Assembly: GCA_963714015.1 (NCBI GenBank)
Contig: OY970223.1
Coordinates: 2,464,001 to 2,528,000 of the forward strand
Length of the DNA stretch: 64,000 nt
From: Vulcanimicrobiota bacterium
Lineage (GTDB): Bacteria; Vulcanimicrobiota; Vulcanimicrobiia; Vulcanimicrobiales; Vulcanimicrobiaceae
Direction: 5' to 3'
Numbering within the stretch: the first letter of the stretch is position 1; each line of letters starts with the position of its first letter. Shown here piece by piece: positions 21,251 to 31,661 of this stretch. Below the pieces are notes generated by a model. That model made no database searches. It worked only from the letters and a program-made list of their open reading frames with translations, and was not told the DNA's origin. The position numbers and the translations under genes are program-made.

Positions 21251-22324
21251 TTACGCTACAGCGGTCGTATACGAACCCGTGAGGGACTCGACGATCTTTT
21301 GCGCCGCGTGACCTTCGCCGTAGGGCGTGCCTTGACGCACCGGAGTAAGCCTTTTCGACGCTGCGGCGATGCGGCGAGGATCGCTGCCGGCAAGAACGTT
21401 CCAGCCGTCTTCCAGTGTCTCTAGCCACTCGGTCTCTTCACGAAGCGTGACGCACGGAACTTTCATCACGAAAGCTTCCTTTTGCAAGCCGCCGGAATCG
21501 GTGAAGACCGCGCAGGAACGTGCGACGAGCGCCATCATCTCGAGATACGGCTGCGGATCGCACAGAATGATGTTGTCGCCGTCTCCGGCGCCGGCTTCGA
21601 GTGCCACCGCCTTGGTACGCGGATGGACCGGAAAGACGATCGGAAAGGCAACGCTGCGCAGGCCTTCGAGTATGCGGCAGAATGTCTGACGATCGTCGGT
21701 ATTCGAGGCGCGATGCACGGTGGCTACGGCGTACTCGCGCGGACGCACGCCTAAACTGCTCAGAATTGCCGGACTATCGGGAATCTCGTGCGCCGCGCGT
21801 ATCGCCAAATCGACCATCAGGTCGCCGACGACCTGTACGCCGCGAGTGATGCCTTCCTTGGCGAGTTGCTCGGCCGCGCCCACGTTCGGCACGAAAAGCA
21901 TGTCGGCGACGTGATCGGCGACGATGCGGTTGACCTCTTCCGGCATCTCGCGGTTGAACGATCGCAGCCCGGCCTCCACGTGCGCAACCGGCACGTGTAA
22001 TTTCGCAGCGGCCAGCGCTCCGGCAAGGGTGCTGTTTGTATCGCCGTACACGAGCACCCAGTCAGGACGCTCTTCGACAATGACCGGCTCCAAGCGTTTG
22101 AGCATCTCGCCGGTCTGTGCGCCATGGCCCCCGCTTCCAACCGACAGATTGTGCTTCGGCTCCGGAATATGCAGCTGGCGGAAGAACACCTCCGACATCT
22201 CGGCGTCGTAATGCTGGCCTGTGTGAACCAAGACTTCGTCGACGCCGCGCCGCCCAAACTCGGCGCTCAGCAGCGCCGCCTTAACGAACTGGGGACGGGC
22301 ACCGACGACGCTCAGGACGCGCAT
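21251..22324 (-). CDS. wecB: UDP-GlcNAc 2-epimerase (non-hydrolysing), WbpI-like in this context
   Basis: Motifs VVGARPQFVK, HTGQHYD, YGDTNST, HVEAGLRS, MPEEVNR and TDSGGLQKEA. Confidence 0.95.
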   Translation of the reverse strand: MRVLSVVGARPQFVKAALLSAEFGRRGVDEVLVHTGQHYDAEMSEVFFRQLHIPEPKHNLSVGSGGHGAQTGEMLKRLEPVIVEERPDWVLVYGDTNSTLAGALAAAKLHVPVAHVEAGLRSFNREMPEEVNRIVADHVADMLFVPNVGAAEQLAKEGITRGVQVVGDLMVDLAIRAAHEIPDSPAILSSLGVRPREYAVATVHRASNTDDRQTFCRILEGLRSVAFPIVFPVHPRTKAVALEAGAGDGDNIILCDPQPYLEMMALVARSCAVFTDSGGLQKEAFVMKVPCVTLREETEWLETLEDGWNVLAGSDPRRIAAASKRLTPVRQGTPYGEGHAAQKIVESLTGSYTTAVA

Positions 22325-23449
22325 CTACGCGCTGATTTTCTGCGCTAATCCGGACCGCACGGCATTCTGCACCGCCGCGATCACTTGATTCTGTACGTCC
22401 GCGCGCAGCTCCGGGAACATCGGGATCGAGATGACCTCCTCGGCGGCGCGTTCCGAGTGCGGAAAGGTTCCGCGCCCTTGTCCCAGCGACTCGTGCACCT
22501 TCTGCAGGTGCAGCGGCACCGGATAATAGACCATCGTGCTTACGCCGGCGTCGTGCAACTCACGCTGCACGCGATCCCGATCGCGGACGCGGAGCGTGTA
22601 CTGGTGGTAGACGTGCCGTCCCCCTTCCGGATCGGCGGGCGGCTGGATACCCAGATCCGCAAATGCCGCAGTGTATCGCGCGGCGGCGGCCCGCCGTTTC
22701 TCGATCCATTGGTCGAGGTGCGGCAACTTCACGCGCAAGACGGCGGCTTGGACCTCGTCCAGGCGGCTATTTACGCCGAGCTCTTCATGGTAGTACTTGA
22801 CGCGTCCGCCGTGCGCGCGCAGGCTTCGAGCACGCTCGGCGAGGGCTGAGTCGTTCGTGACCACCATTCCGGCATCGCCGTATGCGCCCAAGTTCTTGGA
22901 CGGAAAGAAACTGAAAGCTCCGAACTCGCCGAACGTTCCGACTGACCGGCGGCCGATCTTCGCCCCGATCGCTTGTGCGCAATCCTCGATGACCGCCAAG
23001 CCGTGCTTGGCCGCGATCTGCATAATGCGCTCCATCGGCGCAGGGCGGCCGTAAAGATGCACCGGAAGTATCGCTCGGGTGCGCGGCGTGATCGCGGCCT
23101 CGATGAGCTCCGGATCGATGTTGTACGTGAGCGGGTCGATATCGACGAAGACCGGCTTTGCGCCGACAATGCCTATCGCTTCGGTCGTCGCTACGAACGT
23201 GAACGGTACCGTTATGACTTCATCGCCCGCTCCGATGTCCAGTGCCCTTAGCGCCAAATGAAGCGCATCCGTGCCGGAGTTGAGGCCTACTCCGTAAGAG
23301 GCGCCGGCGTATGCGGCAACTTCCGTTTCCAGCGCCTTCACGTTGGCGCCGTTGATGAAGACGCCGCCCTCGAAGACGCGCTCCACCGCGTTCACCATGT
23401 CTTCGCGCAATGCGTGATACTGTTCTTTCAGATCGAGAATGGGGATCAC
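22325..23449 (-). CDS. wbpE: DegT-family aminotransferase, WbpE-like
   Basis: Motifs [28 protein letters not shown] and [10 protein letters not shown]. Adjacent to wbpD/wbpB/wbpA homologs. Confidence 0.85.
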   Translation of the reverse strand: MIPILDLKEQYHALREDMVNAVERVFEGGVFINGANVKALETEVAAYAGASYGVGLNSGTDALHLALRALDIGAGDEVITVPFTFVATTEAIGIVGAKPVFVDIDPLTYNIDPELIEAAITPRTRAILPVHLYGRPAPMERIMQIAAKHGLAVIEDCAQAIGAKIGRRSVGTFGEFGAFSFFPSKNLGAYGDAGMVVTNDSALAERARSLRAHGGRVKYYHEELGVNSRLDEVQAAVLRVKLPHLDQWIEKRRAAAARYTAAFADLGIQPPADPEGGRHVYHQYTLRVRDRDRVQRELHDAGVSTMVYYPVPLHLQKVHESLGQGRGTFPHSERAAEEVISIPMFPELRADVQNQVIAAVQNAVRSGLAQKISA

Positions 23450-24045
23450 TCAGACACCTTTCGTACGACGCCGTTTTGCTTTTCAAAGGCGCGGCCGCAG
23501 TCGCCGCACTCGGCTTCAGAGCCGTTGAATTCCAGCTTGACCCCGCATTCGCACGCGTAACCGTGAATCCGCGCCGGGTTACCGTACACGACCGCATAGG
23601 GCGGTACGTCCTTGGTTACTACCGAGCCGGCGCCGACGAACGCGTACTCGCCGATCGCGTTGCCGCAAACGATCGTTGCGTTTGCCCCGATCGATGCGCC
23701 CTTCTTCACCAGCGTCTTCAGGTAATCGCCGGCGGTGTTGCGCGGTGTGCCGCTGCGCGGCGTAAAGACGTTCGTGAAGACCATGCTGGGGCCGCAGAAC
23801 ACTTCATCCTCGAGCTCGACGCCCTCGTACACCGACACGTTGTTTTGAATCTTTACCCGGTTGCCGATGCGCACGCGAGGACCGATGACGACGTTCTGCC
23901 CGATGTTGCAACCGGCGCCGATCTCGCATCCCGGCAGGACGTGCGAGAAGTGCCAGATCTTCGTTCCATCGCCGATGTTGCTCGGCTCGTCCACGTACGA
24001 CGACTCGTGAACGAAAAACGCCTTCCTTTGCTCCGTAACGGTCAA
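23446..24045 (-). CDS. wbpD: LbH N-acetyltransferase, WbpD/WlbB-like, with C-terminal CxC..CxxC
   Basis: Motifs [36 protein letters not shown] and YGNPAR. Confidence 0.9.
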   Translation of the reverse strand: MTVTEQRKAFFVHESSYVDEPSNIGDGTKIWHFSHVLPGCEIGAGCNIGQNVVIGPRVRIGNRVKIQNNVSVYEGVELEDEVFCGPSMVFTNVFTPRSGTPRNTAGDYLKTLVKKGASIGANATIVCGNAIGEYAFVGAGSVVTKDVPPYAVVYGNPARIHGYACECGVKLEFNGSEAECGDCGRAFEKQNGVVRKVSE

Positions 24046-25055
24046 ACCAATGCCTCCAAAGTGAAAGAGTGAACCGTTGAACGCGCGTCGACCATCTCCA
24101 ATGCCTGAACGACTCGCAACCCTTCGTGGCCGTCCGTCGGGAACCGGCCGCCCCCGCGCAGCGCCCGCAGAAACGCCGCGAGCTCCAGCCGCAGCGGCTC
24201 GACGCTCTCGGCGCCGGGATCACCGAACTCCATCGCTTGCGTTTCCCCTCGCCAGAGTTCGGCTTCGCCGCGGGCGTTCAGGCGATCGCCGCACGGAGTG
24301 AACGTCAACGCCCCGCCCTCCCGATTGTCGATGAACGTGAGCGTACCGGCAGAGCCGAAAACGTCGATGCGCGAACTCTTATCGGGATCCAGCCAGCTCA
24401 CTTCGATATGAGCGCTTTGTCCGTTCGGAAAGGCGAAGTCGGCGTACGCGAAGTCGCCTACCCCCGGACGAACGAATTCACTCACCCAGCCGGTTGCGTT
24501 TACCGGCATATCCTCCATGATTGCGAGCATCAGCGCGCAGTCGTGCGGAGCGAAGCTCCACCAGACGTTCTCCTGGGACCGCAATCGTCCCCAACTCAGA
24601 CGTCGCGAGCGCAAATGCCGCGGACGGCCGATTTTACCGGCGTGGACGGCTTCAACGAGCGCGCTGACGGCCGGATGGTAGAGCAGCACGTGCCCGACGA
24701 AGAGCGTCACGCCCGCAGTATCCGCGGCTTCGACGACGCGTCTCGCATCTTCGACGTTCAGCGCGAGCGGCTTCTCGACGAAAACGTGTTTGTGCGCGGC
24801 GATCGCTTTGAGCGCAAGCTCGGCGTGCGCCGACGCCGGCGCTGCAATGATGACGGCGTCTACTTTGGCGAGCTGCAGCATCTGATCGACGTCCACGTAC
24901 AGTTGCACGCCCTCGTATTTGGCGCGCACGTCGTCGATCCGGTGCAAATCGGCATCGCACACCGCGGCGAGAACCCCCAGCTGATGACAGTTCCGGACCA
25001 GGTTCGCGCCCCAGTAACCGGCCCCGATAACGCCGACGCGCGGCATTCGCCTCAC
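24042..25055 (-). CDS. wbpB: Gfo/Idh/MocA oxidoreductase, WbpB/WlbA-like
   Basis: Motifs [27 protein letters not shown] and FAPHD. The start overlaps the wbpA stop (GTGA). Confidence 0.85.
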   Translation of the reverse strand: MRRMPRVGVIGAGYWGANLVRNCHQLGVLAAVCDADLHRIDDVRAKYEGVQLYVDVDQMLQLAKVDAVIIAAPASAHAELALKAIAAHKHVFVEKPLALNVEDARRVVEAADTAGVTLFVGHVLLYHPAVSALVEAVHAGKIGRPRHLRSRRLSWGRLRSQENVWWSFAPHDCALMLAIMEDMPVNATGWVSEFVRPGVGDFAYADFAFPNGQSAHIEVSWLDPDKSSRIDVFGSAGTLTFIDNREGGALTFTPCGDRLNARGEAELWRGETQAMEFGDPGAESVEPLRLELAAFLRALRGGGRFPTDGHEGLRVVQALEMVDARSTVHSFTLEALV

Positions 25056-26386
25056 AGCAAGACCACCTTCTCGCGGCCCACGGTGACGTTCTTGGTTGCG
25101 TTTCGCGTGTCGAGGACTAGTTTGGCCTGTTCGACCACGCGAGCGTAGTCGACATTGCTGTGATTGGTGAGGATTATCACGCAATCGGCTCGCTCGATGC
25201 GCTCCTTGGAAAGCGGGATCGAGTGCCACTGCCTTCCGTGTTCGACGAACTTTGCGACATACGGATCGTGATAGTCGATTCTCGCGCCGTCCTTGAGCAG
25301 CAGTTCCATCACTTTAACCGCAGGTGACTCGCGCCAGTCTTCGATGTCTTTCTTGTAAGCGACGCCCAACACCAGGATGTCGGCGTCCTTGAGCGGGCGA
25401 CCGATAGCATTCAGCGCGCGACTGAGCTTCTCACGCACGAAGTACGGCATGCCGATGTTGATCTCACCGGCCAGTTCGATAAAACGTGTGTGGAAATCGT
25501 ACTCACGCGCCTTCCATGCCAGATAGAACGGGTCCAGCGGAATGCAATGTCCGCCCACGCCCGGTCCCGGGTCGAAGCGCATGATTCCGAAGGGTTTGGT
25601 GCTTGCCGCGTCCAGCACTTCCCAAATGCTGATGCCCAACCGATCGCACAACAGAGCCATCTCGTTCACGAGCGCGATATTCACCGAGCGGAACGTGTTC
25701 TCGAACACCTTGCACATCTCGGCGACTTTCGGCGAGCTGACCTCGAGCACGTCGAGGATTGTCTGCTGGTAGAAGCAGCTGCCGACATCGCGGCAGGCCG
25801 CGGTGACGCCGCCCACGACCTTATTCGTGTTCTTTGTCGTGTACCGCGCGTTACCCGGGTCGACGCGTTCCGGCGAAAAGCAAAGAAAGAAATCTTCCCC
25901 CACTTTTAATCCCGATTGTGCGAGCAGCGGCAACAGCACTTCTTCAGTCGTCCCAGGGTACGTCGTGCTCTCTAGGCAGACGAGCTGCCCGGGACGCAAC
26001 TGGCCGGCGATCTGTTCCCCCACAGCTCGAATGTAAGAAATGTCCGGATCGAGGTTCGGGGTCAGCGGCGTTGGAACGCAAATGACGATGGCGTCGCACC
26101 GGGTGAGCGAATTGAAGTCCGAGCTTGCCAGAAGTTTGCCCGTCTCGACCATAGCGGCAAGTTCGCCATCGTCGACGTCGCGAATGTAGTTCAGACCTTC
26201 GTTGACTTGATCGACGCGCACGCTGTTGCGATCGTAACCGACGACGGTGAAGCCGACCTTGGCCTTTTCGACGGCAAGCGGCAGACCTACGTAGCCGATG
26301 CCGGCAACGCCGATCAGCGCAGTCTTTTCGGCAAATTTCTTCTTGAGTTGCTCGCGTAGACTTCCTGGGGCCTCAAGCAGTTCCAT
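25052..26386 (-). CDS. wbpA: UDP-GlcNAc 6-dehydrogenase, WbpA-like
   Basis: Motifs GIGYVGLPLA, CVPTP, ESTTYPGTT, SPERVDPG, GPGVGGHCIP and GVAYKKD. Confidence 0.92.
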   Translation of the reverse strand: MELLEAPGSLREQLKKKFAEKTALIGVAGIGYVGLPLAVEKAKVGFTVVGYDRNSVRVDQVNEGLNYIRDVDDGELAAMVETGKLLASSDFNSLTRCDAIVICVPTPLTPNLDPDISYIRAVGEQIAGQLRPGQLVCLESTTYPGTTEEVLLPLLAQSGLKVGEDFFLCFSPERVDPGNARYTTKNTNKVVGGVTAACRDVGSCFYQQTILDVLEVSSPKVAEMCKVFENTFRSVNIALVNEMALLCDRLGISIWEVLDAASTKPFGIMRFDPGPGVGGHCIPLDPFYLAWKAREYDFHTRFIELAGEINIGMPYFVREKLSRALNAIGRPLKDADILVLGVAYKKDIEDWRESPAVKVMELLLKDGARIDYHDPYVAKFVEHGRQWHSIPLSKERIERADCVIILTNHSNVDYARVVEQAKLVLDTRNATKNVTVGREKVVLL

Positions 26387-26393
26387 GGTTTTC

Positions 26394-28340
26394 CTATTGG
26401 GCGGGTGCCGGTGACATTAAAGGTTTGGCAATGACCTCCGTGGTCTCGCCGATTGAGTGTCGTGCTACCGTGCCTTGCACCGCAGGCGGGAGCAGATGCG
26501 CGCCGAGCGCATATTCCGGAACGAACTCGCGAAGCAAGTCCAGCGCCACACGCCAATCCGCGACGCGAATGGCACGCTGAATGCGCTCCATCGCGACACC
26601 GATCCGCTCGTAGTCGATGCGATCTTGCTTGGCAATGAAAAGCCGATGATGGCTCGTGCTGCAGACGCCTTCTCCGGCGGTGAGAATCTCCTCGAAGAGT
26701 TTCTCGCCGGGGCGGATCGACGTTTCGACGATGTCGATGTCCTTATAGGGCTCCAATCCCGAGAGCCGGATCACTTGCTCGGCCAAGTGCAGAATCTTGA
26801 TCGGGTCGCCCATGTCTAGGACGAAGACTTCACCGTCATTGCCCATGGACATCGCTTGCAGCACCAGCGAAACGGCTTCGGGAATCGTCATGAAATAGCG
26901 CTTCATATCGCGATGCGTGATTGTGACCGGTCCGCCGCTTGCCACTTGCTGTTTGAAGGTGGGCACTACGCTGCCCCGGCTTCCCAAGACGTTGCCGAAG
27001 CGGACCACCACGAACTCCGTGCTGCTGCTGCCCGAAAAGGACTGACAGATCAGCTCCGCCATGCGTTTGGTCAGGCCCATCACGCTGGTGGGGTTCACCG
27101 CCTTGTCCGTGGAGAGCAGGACAAACTTCGCGGTGCCCGATGCCGCGGCCGCAAGCGCCACGGATCGCGTTCCCATGACGTTGTTGCGAACGGCTTCGCA
27201 GATATTATCCTCGACGATTGGCACGTGCTTGTGTGCCGCCGCGTGAAAGACTATCCGCGGCCGGTACGTCGAGAACGCATTGCGGATCGCCGGACCGTCA
27301 GCGACGTCGGCGAGGATCATCTTCGTGCGCGTAAACTGGTATTTGTTGCGCAGCTCTTGGTCGATGGCGAACAGGCTGTTTTCACCGTGTCCGAGCAGCA
27401 GCAGCAGTTTCGGATCGAAGGTGACGATCTGCCGGCAGATCTCACTGCCGATCGAGCCGCCGGCACCCGTGACCAAGACGACTTGATCCTCGAGGTGCGG
27501 ACGAAGCGCCGCCGTGTCGACGACGACCGGTTCGCGCGCGAGCACGTCCTCCAACCGGATGTCGCGAATGCGCGAGATAGTGACTTTTTCGTTCAGAATG
27601 TCCACCGCATCGGGCAGCACCTTAACCGTGGTCGGCCGGTCGGCGCGGCTGGCGAGATCCTTGATGCGATTGATCACCGGCAGCGGCGCACCTGGAATCG
27701 CGACGATGAGCGAGTCGATTTGGTGCTTGGCTACGACGGCCGGAATCTCGTCAATGTTGCCCAGGATGCGAATGCCGTCGACGCGCCTGACTGCCAGGCC
27801 GTCGTCGATGCAGCCCACCAAGCGCATCGGCAGCGTGCGATCTTCTTGAATGGCCCGTATCAAGTTCAGCGCGGGCATGCCGACGCCGACCACCAGCACG
27901 CGCTGAGCGTTGGGGCGGCTGGTCAAAACGAACGTCCGCGCCAGCACGAGCGCTATTCGGAGAAACATGCGTAGAATGAAGCCGAGCATCGCCGCTATGA
28001 CGACCAAGCGCCCGGACGAATGTTCGAGTGGGCCGGGAAGGAGCCAGACACACGTCAATGCCAGCAAGGTTCCGCCGACGGCGCCGTAGAGTAGGCGCAG
28101 GACGTCGTGGAAGTCGAACGTGCGGGCGCTCTCATAGCGCCATTGCATGTAGGCGCCCGTCACGAACAGAAGCAACGTTATCAGCGCGAGCTGTACGGGG
28201 TGCGCGGAGTGGATGTCACCGACCGCCGTGGCCGACACGACGGCTATGAAGAGCAGGGCAAAGTCCGCTATGAGCAGTCCGAACCGAAGTCCCGGCCTGA
28301 TCCCTCGAACGGTCGTGTCCAAATCCGGTGTAAATTTCAT
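26394..28340 (-). CDS. Membrane-anchored UDP-GlcNAc 4,6-dehydratase (WbpM/PglF/CapD family)
   Basis: Four N-terminal TM segments, then TGAGGSIGSE, HAAAHKHVP, STDKAVNP, RFGNVLGSRGSV and RPGEKL. Confidence 0.95.
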   Translation of the reverse strand: MKFTPDLDTTVRGIRPGLRFGLLIADFALLFIAVVSATAVGDIHSAHPVQLALITLLLFVTGAYMQWRYESARTFDFHDVLRLLYGAVGGTLLALTCVWLLPGPLEHSSGRLVVIAAMLGFILRMFLRIALVLARTFVLTSRPNAQRVLVVGVGMPALNLIRAIQEDRTLPMRLVGCIDDGLAVRRVDGIRILGNIDEIPAVVAKHQIDSLIVAIPGAPLPVINRIKDLASRADRPTTVKVLPDAVDILNEKVTISRIRDIRLEDVLAREPVVVDTAALRPHLEDQVVLVTGAGGSIGSEICRQIVTFDPKLLLLLGHGENSLFAIDQELRNKYQFTRTKMILADVADGPAIRNAFSTYRPRIVFHAAAHKHVPIVEDNICEAVRNNVMGTRSVALAAAASGTAKFVLLSTDKAVNPTSVMGLTKRMAELICQSFSGSSSTEFVVVRFGNVLGSRGSVVPTFKQQVASGGPVTITHRDMKRYFMTIPEAVSLVLQAMSMGNDGEVFVLDMGDPIKILHLAEQVIRLSGLEPYKDIDIVETSIRPGEKLFEEILTAGEGVCSTSHHRLFIAKQDRIDYERIGVAMERIQRAIRVADWRVALDLLREFVPEYALGAHLLPPAVQGTVARHSIGETTEVIAKPLMSPAPAQ

Positions 28341-28488
28341 CGTCGTCTGGCCGAATTGTAGCGCGGCGCCCTGGGCGCCCGCAGGCTGCCGACGACCCCG
28401 AAACTGAGGCGAAGGCCCCAATCCGGCTGTCCGATTACGGACGCTTGGCCTAGGGCAAAATTGGAGGATTTCGGTTACTCTTGAATCC

Positions 28489-29098
28489 GTGGTACTGCTT
28501 GAAAGAATTCGGGCCGTTCCCGGTGCGGTGCGCCGGCAACTGCGTGACCTGATAAGCGACGAAGTCGAGCGCCGGCGTCTGCCGGGCGTCCATTACGCTA
28601 CCGGCGTGATCGTGCGCGGGGCCCGGCATATTACGGTAGGCAGCAACGTCTTCTTCGATCATCGCGCGTATCTGCAGGTCAACAACGTCAACGGTCAGCC
28701 CGGTTTTATCAGTGATCGGCGACAACGTCGAAATCGGCCCTTACAGCGCGATTTGGGGCGGCGGCGGCGTGACGATCGGCAGCGACGTGCACCTCGGCTG
28801 CCACGTGCACATCACGTCTATGGAAGGCGAGCAGGTTCCGGCCGACAATTTCGACGTCAACAAACCGCTCGAAATTGCTCGCGCACCGGTAGTCATCGGC
28901 AATCACGTCCTGATTTGTTCGAACTCAGTGATCGTGCCGGGCGTGACGGTCGGACATCATGCGATGATTGCCGCAGGAGCGGTCGTTACCGAAGACGTTC
29001 CACCGTATGCCCTCGTAGCCGGCGTGCCGGCGCGCGTGATCCGATACAATAACGGCAGCCCCAACGGGATCCCGGCGATAAAAGCCACTATCGGCTGA
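28489..29098 (+). CDS. Hexapeptide-repeat acyltransferase (frameshift near 28710)
   Basis: Motifs IGDNVEIG, GGGVTIG, PVVIGNHV, AGAVVT and AGVPARVI. Confidence 0.85.
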
Positions 29099-30704
29099 CC
29101 AGCCATAGCGTCAGCGCATCCGGATCACCGGCCGCCCCCTGGAATTGCGCCACTTGCGCGTTCACAAAACTGCTCGCGACGGCGCGCGCCGCGTGTCCCT
29201 GCAACATGGAGCGCGAATCAGCGGAATTTGCGATCAGATAGACCGCGTCGTACCCCCGAGGCACGCGCAGCGGTGCCGCGGTACGCGGGATCTCGATGCG
29301 CGCATCAGCATCCAGATAAAATGCCAGGTCCAGAGCGCGCGGCCATTGTCGCGGTACGACTATCAGCGCATGCGGTACCGTATTGATTTGCTCGGCCATC
29401 GCCGGCAATGCTCCGTCCTGGCGGTTGTCCCACCAAACGCTCGAGCGCGTGTCGACGAAACTAGAGACGGCTGCGAGTCCGAGCACGATTGCCGCGGCGA
29501 CGGCCCAGCTCGCGCGTTTCTCGGGAAATCGCGACGTTCGAATGCGGCAGGCCAAAAAGCCGGCAAGGCAAGTCAAGAGCGCGATCCACAGAGGTATCTC
29601 GTAGCGCGTCACACTGGAGCGGTGTTGGTGCAGCACAACGTCCGGTAACAGCAGCGTAACCGCCGGAACGGCAAGCGATGCCGCGGCAAAAATGCGCGCG
29701 CGGCGAGGCGCGCCGCTTAGACTCCATACAAGCGCAAACGCAACCAGAAGCCCGATGGGAATCAAGATCACTGCGAGCCAGAGGCGCAGGTACTCCAGGT
29801 CCCAGAGGCTCGTGCCGGCGTTGAACGCCCACTTTTCCAGAAGCTTTGTCAGGGGCCACGGACTTGCAGTCCACGCGTTCTCCGCGACGATCGCCGAGCG
29901 ATGAACGTAAATTTGCGCGGCCCAGGGCAGAAAGACCAGTATGGCGGCACTGCCGGCCGCGATGAAACCGCCGAGCCGCTTTCCGCGCAGCAGAACCGCG
30001 GCATACGCCGCATGAACGGCAATAGTGACCACGGAGAGCACGGCGGTGTAAAGCGACAACCCGGCGCAGACGGCGTATGCAATCCACCACGCGGGTCCAC
30101 CCGTTCGGCTTGCACGCAAAAATACAGCGTTCATTACGAGTATAGCGAGAGACCATGCGCTGTACTCCCGTGCTTGCAGCGAGTAAATGACGAGCACCGG
30201 CGATAACGCCGTGAGCCCGAACCCCAAAGCGGCTGCAAGCGCACTGGCATAGAGCTCCCAGCAGAGCCAGGCCGCCGCGAAGGGCACCAGCAAGCCGAAG
30301 ATCAGTGCCGGCAGACGAATTCCGGCAATCGACGCGCCCGTTACGCGCGTCCAAAGCGCGGTAATGACGTAATACACCGGAGGATGCTGCGCATCTTCGA
30401 GCGCCAGCGAACGAACCGCTGCAGTGACGCCCCGTTCGTCCCCGCGTCCCGCAAACCTAAGAATTTGCGAGACGGGATGCGCGCTTGCGCCGGTAGTTAC
30501 GGCCGTAAACTCCGCGCTCGTATGTCCCGAAACGCGCATTGCGGTTACCGCTTCATCGGACCAAAAAACTCGACCGGGCATTCCCGCGATGCGAAACGCC
30601 AGCCCTGCCAAGCCGAGCGCGACGCAGAGAAGCGCTGTCGCTAGAACCACCGAGCGGCGCTTGCTTTGCGGCACGTCCGCCGCATTCAGTACGCCGATGC
30701 GCAC
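29088..30704 (-). CDS. GT-C (family 39/ArnT-PMT-like) integral membrane glycosyltransferase
   Basis: Motifs FWSDE, DAQHPPVYY, IRLPA and YSLQAREYS, with many TM helices. Confidence 0.85.
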   Translation of the reverse strand: MRIGVLNAADVPQSKRRSVVLATALLCVALGLAGLAFRIAGMPGRVFWSDEAVTAMRVSGHTSAEFTAVTTGASAHPVSQILRFAGRGDERGVTAAVRSLALEDAQHPPVYYVITALWTRVTGASIAGIRLPALIFGLLVPFAAAWLCWELYASALAAALGFGLTALSPVLVIYSLQAREYSAWSLAILVMNAVFLRASRTGGPAWWIAYAVCAGLSLYTAVLSVVTIAVHAAYAAVLLRGKRLGGFIAAGSAAILVFLPWAAQIYVHRSAIVAENAWTASPWPLTKLLEKWAFNAGTSLWDLEYLRLWLAVILIPIGLLVAFALVWSLSGAPRRARIFAAASLAVPAVTLLLPDVVLHQHRSSVTRYEIPLWIALLTCLAGFLACRIRTSRFPEKRASWAVAAAIVLGLAAVSSFVDTRSSVWWDNRQDGALPAMAEQINTVPHALIVVPRQWPRALDLAFYLDADARIEIPRTAAPLRVPRGYDAVYLIANSADSRSMLQGHAARAVASSFVNAQVAQFQGAAGDPDALTLWLVSR

Positions 30705-30714
30705 CGTAGCGTCA

Positions 30715-31599
30715 CTAGTTTTCCGTCATGAACCGCACCTGCGGCAATCCGGCGGCCGGCATGGCGCCGACCACGAGCCAGTATGCGACGTGATGCTGCA
30801 GCAAAATTTGACTCGGCGCTTTGGCGCTCAGCGTGTAATTCGTCACCAGATCATTGCCTTGGCTGTCTTTGGACGTCGAATAGCCGACGTAAATCGCAAC
30901 CGGACCGTTGAAGGTAGCGAGCTGCGTCGCCGATATCGGCTCTCCCCATTCATCGAAAAGCGTTTGGAGCGACGCATAGGTGTAGTCGACGTTGAAGTTT
31001 TGGGGTTCCGTCGGGTCTTCGAGGTGAATGATTCCCGAATAGTCGTGCGTGTGCAGTTTGTAGAAACAGTCGGCCGTTAAAACTTCGTCGGTGTCGTTCG
31101 GCTGTCCGGACGCTTTGGGTTCGATCGGATTCTCCATGCCGATCGCTTGCGGAATCGCTTCCCAAACACCATTCGCATACAAACCGACGAATGCATGGAC
31201 GTGATAGCCCGTGCCCATGTTTCCCGTCAGGCAAGGAACCCCGCCGATCGTTTGCCCGAAACCGCCGGCGCGCGTGTCGCCGGCTTGATCCGTCCAAGAC
31301 GCCGTCCCTGAGGAATACCAACTCGTATTTCCGTTGATGAAGTTGATCTCTGCACTCACCACGACGTTGTTGGCCGGAATATTCCCGTTTACGGGTGCGG
31401 TGGTCGGCACGGCGGTCGGCGCAACGGTTGGGGACGGCGTCGGGCTGTTTGCCGGCGAGGTCGAGGGCGAAGGATTTCCGCCTCCGGGATTGTTCGTCGG
31501 ATTAGGAATCGGCGCACTGGCTGAGCCGCCTCCGCCGCCGCACGCTGCCAGAGCGATTGTCAGCGCAAAGAGTAATCCTACGACTCGTGACCTGTTCAT
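30715..31599 (-). CDS. Lipoprotein with YHVH / HTHDxSGxxH putative metal-binding domain (paralog A)
   Basis: Lipobox LAACGGGGG, Pro/Thr linker, YHVHAFVGLY and LHTHDYSGIIHLE. Confidence 0.75.
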   Translation of the reverse strand: MNRSRVVGLLFALTIALAACGGGGGSASAPIPNPTNNPGGGNPSPSTSPANSPTPSPTVAPTAVPTTAPVNGNIPANNVVVSAEINFINGNTSWYSSGTASWTDQAGDTRAGGFGQTIGGVPCLTGNMGTGYHVHAFVGLYANGVWEAIPQAIGMENPIEPKASGQPNDTDEVLTADCFYKLHTHDYSGIIHLEDPTEPQNFNVDYTYASLQTLFDEWGEPISATQLATFNGPVAIYVGYSTSKDSQGNDLVTNYTLSAKAPSQILLQHHVAYWLVVGAMPAAGLPQVRFMTEN

Positions 31600-31621
31600 T
31601 CAACCCTCATGAAAACGAAAT

Positions 31622-31649
31622 AAGGCCGGACGAAATCGTCCGGCCTTTT
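31622..31649. terminator. Hairpin/terminator between the two lipoprotein paralogs
   Basis: AAGGCCGGACGA-a-TCGTCCGGCCTT followed by TT. Confidence 0.7.
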
Positions 31650-31661
31650 CGCGCGCGGAAT

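Noticed and set aside
24126..27974. Long + strand ORFs antisense to wbp genes (also 33157-34215, 42205-43563, 49707-50903, 58882-59745)
   Set aside because: These are shadow ORFs expected opposite GC-rich genes, with no motifs or SD sites.
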